Shown in pieces: positions 48,490-64,000 of a stretch of 64,000 nt of DNA. The translations under genes were made by a program, and so were the position numbers. Source of the stretch: Mizuhopecten yessoensis. Its lineage: Eukaryota. Position 1 is the stretch's first letter. The number at the start of each line of letters is the position of its first letter. The stretch is from positions 714,458-778,457 of the forward strand of contig NW_018408770.1 of NCBI RefSeq assembly GCF_002113885.1, in the 5' to 3' direction. The notes under the pieces are model-generated. The model was not told the origin of the DNA. It did no database searches and was given only the letters and a program-made list of their open reading frames with translations.

Positions 48490-49115
48490 AGCCCAGCAAC
48501 ATGTCCACATCAACCTAGTAACATGTCTACATCAACCTAGTAACATGTCACTTCAACCTAGTAACCTGTCCACATCAACCTAGTAACATGTCACTTCAAC
48601 CTAGTAACATGTCCACATCAACCTCTTAACATGTCACTTCAACCTAGTAACATGTCCACATCAACCTAGTAACATGTCACGTCAACCCAGCAACATGTCC
48701 AATTCAACCTAGTAACATGTCAATTCAACCTAGTAACATGTCACTTCAACCTAGCAACATGTCCACATCAACCTAGCAACATGTCCACATCAACCTAGTA
48801 ACATGTCACTTCAACCTAGCAACATGCTTGCATCAACCTAGCAACATGTCCACATCAACCTAGCAACATGTCCACATCAACCTAGCAATATGCCTGCATC
48901 AACCTAACAATATGCCTGCATCACCCTAGCAACATGTCCACATCAACCTAGCAATATACCTGCATCACCCTAGCAACATGTCAACATCAACCTAGCAATA
49001 TGCCCACATCAGTATAGTGATATGTCTGCATCAACCTGGCAACATGTCAGCATCAATATAGCAACATGTCAACATCACCCTAGCAACATGTCCACATCAA
49101 CCTAGCAACATGTAC
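48490..49115. repeat. 20-22-bp minisatellite, ~28 copies
   Basis: Unit AACATGTCCACATCAACCTAG(T/C). Confidence 0.92.
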
Positions 49116-50515
49116 TATTAGACATCTAGTCACATTCTCACATCACCATATCAAACTACATTACCCTTAGCCTAGCACGATGTCATGTGACATTTCACAT
49201 CACGACATTCTCACATTATCCCGGCATCCTTATGCTCACATTGTCACAAGCTAATTTTCCTCTCAGCACTGTATTTCAACAAAATTTACTTTCATTTCCA
49301 GTTAATACATTTAGCAACAACCAAACATGTTCTCATATCCAATTCTTACATAGTTTACAACCATCTGTTCCAGGAAAACTGTCTACAGTAATGTTATGAA
49401 ACTTTGAATTAGTGACAAATCATGTTATGTGTATGTACATCACTATGACAACGGTTTCTGTTTACCAGACAATGAAGGCTCATGGGGACATGACTTACAT
49501 ACAAGAATGTTCCAAATATGAAAGGCGACTTTGTCTACACACGATTAGCTTTGTAGATTGCATTATCTAGCAGTCTACAACACTGTGACACCCAAGCTGA
49601 AGCAGACACAAATATATAAATCTATTAAAACGGTTGATAAAAATGTGTGCAATATTATGTATGAAGAGAAATACAAATATAAAACTTGTGTTACGATGTA
49701 CAATACTGTGCCACCTAAGTAACCACACCAACGGTAACCATGGATATGTGACAGCGTACTTCCGTCCACTCATCTGGTACAACAGTACGGAGGCTGATAT
49801 CTGTATTAAGCATGACATCTGCATGTATTACTTATACAGCCTTTGGTCCAAACAGGAATTTATACAAAAAAACATGGATTATGAATACTAGAAAGAGCAT
49901 TAATGATTGCATTTTAAATACAAGTGTGACTACCAGTACCTAGATTTCTATTCATGTATTCTCCATGTGAAATGTCAGCCAAACAAAACCCAAAACATTT
50001 TGAATTCTGATATTATGAAGTTCACTTTGTAATTCCAAATTAACTCAATTTATATCAGCAGAAGTGCTTGTTCTGCTTCTGTCAGGAATATGAAAAAGTT
50101 ACAAGAGATTTATAAAACTAACATATCTTAAGTATCATAATACTTACATAATATTTATTGTAGATATATATATGTTTCAATGTGATATTTCCCCTTTTAA
50201 ATTCAAAACCTGCAGCTATATAAATGTTTGTATCGTATATATATTCATATGTAGCTTTGATCTGTAGCCAAACAAGACTGTAACAAAATGGTGGGTAGAT
50301 TGTGACGTAGGGGTGATAGTACATTGTACCCTTGTAGGATAGTATATATGATAAAGGCAAAGCATTGACAATCCATTCTATCAATATAAAGATTTAGCAC
50401 TGTATGAATGCATTTTGTGATAACGAACCAATGGAGGCATATAAAAGGGAGTTCTATCACATTGTCCTTACAGTGTGAATTACACCCTGTATGTATAACA
50501 GTTAACAGTCACTAT

Positions 50516-50606
50516 TTAACCATTTCACCCCTAAGTAACTTTAGTAGACTCTACCATACATTTATCTGGGCGAGTCCATTATGGTCTACGGTGGTAAAAG
50601 AGTTAA
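50516..50606 (+). mobile_element. 91-bp TTAA-flanked miniature element, copy 2
   Basis: TTAA|CCATTTCACCCCTAAG...GGTAAAAGAG|TTAA; homologous to 27731-27821 in the opposite orientation. Confidence 0.7.
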
Positions 50607-51440
50607 TGTAAAACTCATTCCCAAATTTATTTTATGATAATGCATTCAAAAATCAATCTTGATTTCATCAGACAATCAGATTTGTGAATTATATAAATGC
50701 AAAATATTTTCAATAGGAAACATAATTTAGTGACAGCTGTAAGTTTGTAAATGAAATATGATCATTTCATTCTAACAAGTTTAGAGACAAACCAAAGTTT
50801 GACTTGGATTTTGGGGGTACAAATGTATTAACATGGTATATTTCATTTCTTCACAACTGAAGTAATGTGACCTTAGGAATATGCGTTTGTGTTTTACGTT
50901 ATATCCTGTGTTAGTTCTAGACAGTGACTAGTAAATTTGAATAACCGGTATACCTAACCTCCAACCAATCAGAACACATTACAATTCAAAATGAGTGTTC
51001 TGTCTTCAAAGATACTGTACACAGTCTATACAATACACAACTCATTGAATGTATACACATCAACTTTACCAATTAATTAATACATATGAAATTTATGCAG
51101 ATCCAAGCTAAGACCATTCTTGTTTGAAATCAAAGACATGAATGTGCAGTCAATTACACTTTAAACCTATAATATTTTTTTCACCGATTCAAAGCACATT
51201 TTTTCCAAACACTAATCAAATCGTAGAATGTCATTTAAAAGCAACAAGGCATCCACACGACAAAAGAACTGTGGACTTAGAAACAAGATTCAATGGTAAT
51301 TTTTCCTTCTTCATATGTGATCCTGAACACCAATATTAGCTGGATCCAAGTAATTTTTGTGACAACATGTAATGTAAGTATATGTACCTCAGTACTGTTC
51401 ACTGCGATCGTCACCAGTATCCATGTATCTACCATTGAAG

Positions 51441-51600
51441 TATATCCACCTACAGAAGGCTGGAGCTGATGTGCCATTTCTATAGAGGCACATATATCCA
51501 CCCTACAGAAGTCTGGAGCTGATGTGCCATTTCTCTAGAGGCACATATATCCACCTACAGAAGGCTGGAGCTGATGCGCCATTTCTCTAGAGGCACATAT
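51441..51600. repeat. ~52-bp tandem repeat x3 in the presumed Src42A 3' UTR
   Basis: Unit ATATCCACCTACAGAAGGCTGGAGCTGATGTGCCATTTCTCTAGAGGCACAT. Confidence 0.85.
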
Positions 51601-52008
51601 TAAATGTTGAACCATGCCAAGAAAAGCAGGGCAGATAATGACTGGCCATTCATATTTTAGCCTCCCACCACACAACAATGCACTTGACAGTACGTCTCCA
51701 GGTATTCTGGGTGTAAATACATCCAATTATACTTTGTTACATCTATGCATGCCATCTTGAGAAAAAGACATCTCCAATTTGTTAAAATAAATAAAAAAAA
51801 TACTTGTTTTGTAAAACATTTAAAACCACTTGTGGACAGCAAGATGGTTAGAGTCCTCCATATAAAACAGCTGTCAATCTGACGTAGCTGTCCACAGTAG
51901 GTCCGGGTAGTCCAGTCTGGTACAGCCAGACATGTAGCAGCTTCTCATGACAGCAAGGCAGTGTTTATATCCTGTTTACTGGTAGACACTAGAGTTATCC
52001 CCCTTGTC

Positions 52009-57222
<5,214 letters not shown>

Positions 57223-58239
57223 CTGGAACACAGACATGGGACTATACAGTGAATTGAACATTTTATGAGACATCCTCAGTCTTGACAGAGATCATAATTA
57301 TGTAATGGCGGGCGGGGTAGTTTTACAAGATATTAGGTACTACAATGTACTGTGCAAATAACTCTTAAAAGTTATAACAGCTGGTGGCAAAGTTTCCTAT
57401 CTGTGTCTTTCAAGGATAGAAATCTGAAACAGGGTGAAAATAAAGCAGAGATGTTTGGCTTTGAACATTTCCGACCTTGTAAACAAAACAAGGTCAATTA
57501 GATATATTGTGATACCACAAGGACAATCTTTGTAAAACATGTAATGGGTTGTATTGGTCATGAGTTTCCCTCTCAGAACACAAATACATCATTTCAAACG
57601 AGGTTTGAAAGATCTCCCAGAACTTGTTAATGATGTGTCCGTTGTAACTGGGATACACACACAAACTGTTATCATTGTAGTCTGTTATGTGATCCTGTAA
57701 TAGTGATACCTTACATAGTGTCAACTCTTAATACAAGACTTCAACCTTCAAAAGATCAATCTCAATCAGAACATACAACTTCCTATCATCTTTTTTTGTG
57801 AGTAAATATTAACAGAAGAAACTTCAGCTCACTCGTAGAGAACTGAAGTAGATGTTTTTCTGACACATCATTGCCGAGATCAGATGACCGCTTGCCATTA
57901 ATGTAGTATACCTGATCCCTGGTCATGTACCTTACTTCTATTGGTGTCCTTGATATTCGATATTATTGAAAACAAAAATACCAGTATTACATACAGCTGT
58001 AACCATGGTAATAAGTCTTGGAGATCTAGTCTGATAATATCAAAAGGCTTCAAGTTACAGTAACTATTTCTTTTTTCAAGTAAATGCTACATACACGAAT
58101 CATTGACATACATGATGTCATCGTATAGCATGACACTGCCATTATATCTAGAGGCATAACAGGGATTCACCTTGAACTATATTAGCATTCAGTAAACAAG
58201 AATTCATTATCATTGACTAAATTGTGTCGGGTCCAGGAG

Positions 58240-60190
58240 TACAGTGTCAGATAGGACAGGTTTTGCTGTAACATATATGTACCTATAAATGTGTATGGTA
58301 CAGGTGTCAGATAGAACAGGTTTTGCTGTAATTTATATGTACCTATAAATGTGTGTGGTACAGGTGTCAGATCGGACAGGTTTTGCTGTAATTTATATGT
58401 ACTAATAAATGTGTGTGGTACAGGTGTCAGATAGGACAGGTGTGTGGTATACAGATTTCAGACATACCAGTTTTTGTTGTAATTGATATATACATATAAA
58501 TGTGTTGTACAGGTGTCAGATAGGGCAGGTTTTGTAATAATTTATAAATTTATATGTACCTATATATGTGTTGTACATGTTTCGGATAGAACAGGTTTTG
58601 TAGTTACTTATATGTACCTATATATGTGTGATACAGGTGTCAGATAGGACATGTTTTGTAGTAGTTTATATGTATCTATTGTGGTACAGGTGTCAGATAG
58701 GACATGTTTTGTAGTAGTTTATATGTACTCACATGTTTATAGTACAGGTGTCAGATAGGACATGTTTTGTAGTAGTTTATATGTATCTATTGTGGTACAG
58801 GTGTCAGATAGGACATGTTTTGTAGTAGTTTATATGTACTCACATGTTTATAGTACAGGTGTCAGATAGGACATGTTTTGTAGTAGTTTATATGTACTCA
58901 CATGTTTATAGTACAGGTGTCAGATAGGACATGTTTTGTAGTTACTTATATGTACCTATAGATAGAACAGGTTTTGCTGTAATTTATATCTACCTATAAA
59001 TGTGTGTGGTACAGGTGTCAGATATGACAGGTTTTGCTGTAATTTATATGTACCTATTCATGTGTGTGGTTCAGGTGTCAGAAAGGACAGGTTTTGCTGT
59101 AATTTATATGTATCTATACATGTATGTGGTACAGGTGTCAGATAGGACAGGGGTGTGGGATACAGATTTCAGACATACCAGTTTTTGTTGTAATTGATAT
59201 ATACCTATAAATGTGTTGTACAGGTGTCAGATAGGGCAGGTTTTGTAATAATTTATAAATTTATATGTACCTATATATGTGTTGTACATGTTTCGGATAG
59301 AACAGGTTTTGTAGTTACTTATATTTACCTATATATGTGTGATACAGGTGTCAGATAGGACATGTTTTGTAGTTACTTATATGTACCTATAGATAGAACA
59401 GGTTTTGCTGTAATTTATATCTACCTATAAATGTGTGTGGTACAGGTGTCAGAAAGGACAGGTTTTTCTGTAATTTATATGTACCTATACATGTTTGTGG
59501 TACAGGTGTCAGAAAGGACAGGTTTTGCTGTAATTTATATGTACCTATACATGTATGTGGTACAGGTGTCAGATAGGACAGGTGTGTGGTATACAGATTT
59601 CAGACATACCAGTTTTTGTTGTAATTGATATATACCTATAAATGTGTTGTACAGGTGTCAGATAGGACAGGTTTTGTAATAATTTATAAATTTATATGTA
59701 CCTATATATGTGTTGTACATGTTTCGGATAGAACAGGTTTTGTAGTTACTTATATGTACCTATATATGTGTGATACAGGTGTCAGATAGGACATGTTTTG
59801 TAGTAGTTTATATGTACTCACATGTTTATAGTACAGGTGTCAGATAGGACATGTTTTGTAGTAGTTTATATGTATCTATTGTGGTACAGGTGTCAGATAG
59901 GACATGTTTTGTAGTTACTTATATGTACCTATATATGTGTGATACAGGTGTCAGATAGGACATGTTTTGTAGTAGTTTATATGTATCTATTGTGGTACAG
60001 GTGTCAGATTGGAAAGGTTGTGTAGTAGTTTATATGTACTCACATGTTTATAGTACAGGTGTCAGATAGGACAGGTTTTGTAGTAGTTTTCATGTACCCA
60101 TATGTTTATAGTACAGTTGTCAGATAGGACAGGTTTTATATTAATTTATATGTATCTATTGTGGTACAGGTGTCAGATGGGACAGGTTCT
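58240..60190. repeat. ~55-70-bp minisatellite (~30 units) with ~431-bp higher-order duplications, in a Src42A intron
   Basis: Core TACAGGTGTCAGATAGGACAGGTTTTG. Near-identical blocks are offset by 431 bp (compare the twin ORFs at 59000 and 59431). Confidence 0.92.
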
Positions 60191-63118
60191 GTTTATATTG
60201 ATCTGTTTCTATGTCTACAAAGGTGACACATCTCCCAGTCAGACTGATCCATAACCAACTCTGACTCAGCACCAGACCTAACACATGAGTAAGACCATTA
60301 TATGTATACCGATTTGTATTGATCTTAGTTTCCAAAAGGGTTTACATCTTACTGACCAATTACACATTCATTATGAAGCCTATATTTATAGCTATTTGAT
60401 GAATTTCTTGATTGCCAATATGTAACAAGATATTAACACTCCATCTACAGGGTCAGCCCAGGGTCTTTATTGTAGAATGGAAGTGTATGTATCAAGTAGT
60501 TCCTTGATTCAACAGCCTTTTATTTACAGACCAGACTCAATCAATTGTTCTAACACTGTCGTCAACCAATCACTTCAAGGAAATAAAAAATGTTTTATAT
60601 CTTTTGATAAAAAAAATACCTCAATCATCACCACAAAACGTAATCCAGTAAGAATGTATGCATTTGGATTTTTTTGTGTTTTAGCTCTTTTGAAAAAAGA
60701 CCCAACTTCCTTTGGTGGTTCAAGCCTAGTTGCTATTAAAATGACATCTTCAAAGAAAAGCTTAACTTCCTGTACTGGTTCAAGTCTAGATTTTTTTTAA
60801 TAACATTTTATAGCAGCTCTAAAAAATGTCCTACTGCTAAGACAATTTAGGGCAGCACAAAGCATATAAGTACCTACAAAGTTGTTCTACTAATTGGTCT
60901 GAACCATGCCGACTAATTGTTAGCCACTGGTTTTAGAATCCTGAAAAAAAATCCCATTTCACTCTCAAGGTAGTTTCAGTCCATTTTTAACTGTACAAAT
61001 AGACACCTGAAATGTTGGCAAGGAATGACATCTTTCCAGGAGCGAGACAATAGCTCTTCACTCTACAAAAATCAGGTGAAGAGCTATAGGTAGGCCCCTA
61101 GAATAACAAATCCTTCTGTTAACAGTGGAGCTAACTAATCCTAGGCGAGTAAGTGCACTAATTATAAAAAAGATCATTTATCTTTGATCCACCAGAAATA
61201 CATATTCTAATATAATTTTAAGCATTTAAATAGGATAAAATATTTCCTTTTATTTAGAGATACCTGTTTAGAAAGTTAATCTGATACACCTTTATATTGT
61301 GGTGAGGTAAGGATGGTAAAGCTTTAATTACAGTATCAGATGATCAGATAGGAGAAGAACAAGTGGTGTTGGTGGCCGCCTGTTCCTGTAGACCCATTCA
61401 TAAGGGTGTGGGGGCCAAACAGAGTTTCATCCAAATACAACAATGATTTATCCTTTTTAGAGATTAAAAATGTTCAATGATTGTGTAGATGTTGTATGAA
61501 ATTTAATTTTTAATATGCATTTTTTGGAGGGACATGGATATTTTAGTCCTGAACTCATGCTTTTCCTATGGGACTCACCCAAATTTTCAGAATCAACTAT
61601 ATCTCCTACTTATGGGATTAATTGAAAATGTTGTTGAAGACCCTAAAACAAATCCTACTCAAATGACTGAATATAATTGTAAACACCTTATTTCATATCT
61701 TTTTTAAGAAAATAAAATCTGCTAAGGGCTTTTCATGTTCTTTTAACATTGATGGATATGTTACAGCTTATTACTTCACAGAGAGAAGAAAACCTTCATT
61801 TAATGGTATTTTAATATTCCTTACTTTCTTACCCTAAATACTATCACTTTTCAATATTAATGACCTCCAAAAGCCTTGACTGCAGGAGTATTGTAATCAA
61901 GGGCTAAGACAGGTCTCTACAGTTTTGAATTATTTAGAAAAAAACATACCCGTACGTAACCTCTAATGATTTTGATCACTTAAATGTCTGATTCTAGATT
62001 TTGGATCACTTAAATGTCTGATTCTAGATTTTGGTTCCTAAGTTCTCAAACTAAGGGGAGATAAGCTAGCTTGGAAATCCTTCATAAAAGCATCAGGGCT
62101 GGTAGCCAGTCTATCGAGGGCATTATAATGAATAGTTCTAATCCAAACCCTAGCATAATTACCGTAGCATTAGAGCAGACTGTCTTCTAACTGATAAATC
62201 AATTTGTGACATTTTCCAGTGGAACACTGCAGCCTCACAGCCACTTTAAACATAAAGTGTGGATGACTAATACAATAACACACACAATTGGGCCATTCTA
62301 CAGTAACAATAATACAAGACCCAAATTGAAGATTGAAATATTCATGAAAATTTGAATTTGACCTTTCTGAATGTACAAACTTGTAAACAGTAATGAAGTA
62401 AATGTGATTGGATTTTGATATGCCTTTGCATCTGTGTAATGAAGTTTATGAATATTGAATTCAACAAAAAAAAAATTATATATAAATATTGAACTTCATA
62501 AATATTCAATTCTATGAAATAACATTTCTTCATATCTGTTTTCTAATCCTACATTATCCTTGCTACATATTTAAAAATGTGTGTCATGTCATTAATAGGT
62601 TTACTGTATATACAAATTATTTATTTCATGTTTTGCTTAAACATACCAACTGACAAAGTTTTGTACTTAAAGCCAAACTGATCTAACTGACAGTGAATAA
62701 CAACAAGATTGTAGGCAGTAGATTTAATTCCTACTGTTGAAAAATAATGCAGTAAATATAACTCTTTGTATTCCATTTTTACCATTGAAATATGAAATAT
62801 TATCAGTATGACAAAAGTGATATATTCCCTGCATTGAACATATTTTTGAAATAAAAATTGTGCTGCACCTTCACTAACGTTTATTGAAAGTTGCGATGTC
62901 GCAATACAAATGTAACATGCGATCAACTGAGACATCCATTCAAATCTTTGCCCCTATGCATGTTTTGAAAAAGTAATTAAACAAAAATTCAACATTTTCC
63001 CTTCATACTCATCAGAATATCATAACATAGTCATCTTCATGAAATATAAGATTTTCAAAAAATTGGCATCACAAAGACAACCTTAGTTCTGGTCAGTTTA
63101 ACATAACAATCTTTCTTA

Positions 63119-63212
63119 TTTACGACATTTACCGATGTTTATATTTTATGACATTTACCGATGTTTATATTTTACGACATTTACCGATGTTTATATTTTA
63201 TGACATTTACCG
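63119..63212. repeat. 26-bp tandem repeat x3.5
   Basis: Unit TTTAYGACATTTACCGATGTTTATAT. Confidence 0.85.
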
Positions 63213-64000
63213 TACCTACTTGTATTATGTGCTGCAACTGGGATGATGATATCTATGGTTACACAACAATCATGTAACCTTCTAAAGGGATACGTGAACT
63301 TCCTTTCCTGCACATAATGGTACAAGTAAATACCATCTCAATCATAATGTAGCTACTACGTATACGCCAACATCTGCGCGAAAACTTACTACTGACTTCA
63401 GACATGAATGATTTGGCATCCAGTCCATGCACTATGCAATTCTTAGGGCCAGAAGTTAGATTTTTTTATGTTAGCATCTTCTTCAGATTCACTTTTGATT
63501 TAGTGTGTACATGTACTTTTGTGCCAGTTAAATGTCCATGAATTGTCCATGAACTGTTATGAGCATTTCAAGAACAGCTTATCAGCATTCATTCACTGTT
63601 CATGACAATTTTACAGGATAAGAAAATAAGAACAAAATTAATATCTTAACCTTCCAATCAAAACCCGATACAAAATATGATACCTTTGGTTTTATGTACC
63701 AGTAACTTGAATACAGATAGATAAACTAAAAATTACTTGTGTACAGGTTTATATACCAAAAACTTTAACTGGTGTATAATTTCATGTGTCAGTATCTTGG
63801 CTACAATCATGTTCATGTGTCTGAAAAATTCTGCTACATCACTTTTAAACTTGTCCGATCTTGACCATAAACAGAGGACACCACAGAACTCTTGACCCTC
63901 ATTACACCAAGTTTGATGACAATCTATTACTGATTAGGGTTGACCTTGGCCTCTGGGAGGCCTACTGATTATATATACAATTAGGGTAACCGTGCCCAAT

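Noticed and set aside
57223-64000. Further Src42A exons (SH2, glycine-rich loop, VAVKTLK)
   Set aside because: No matching coding sequence was found, so the region is treated as one long intron. The short ORFs at 59000, 59431, 60477 and 62621 are repeat-derived or lack coding features.

Overview
This is AT-rich, intron-rich animal genomic DNA. The repeat families look like those of a bivalve mollusc (inference). Five spliced protein-coding genes could be rebuilt by hand with GT-AG junctions and consistent phases: the 3' end of a multi-PLAT (LOXHD1-like) gene (+), a complete SPATA6 (-), a complete FAM32A (+, head-to-head with SPATA6), a complete UTP3/SAS10 (+), and the kinase-domain end of a Src42A/FRK tyrosine kinase (-). 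Introns and intergenic DNA carry many minisatellites, Helentron-type non-autonomous elements with ~146-bp internal repeats, small MITEs, and a 335-bp miniature LTR element with tRNA-like LTRs. The main unexplained pattern is that four intronic minisatellite arrays in three genes are tandem copies of an exon-intron junction. They stack up to ~37 decoy splice sites next to the real one. Two of these arrays, in different genes 16 kb apart, share an exact 22-nt patch. All coordinates were read by eye and no database search was run.
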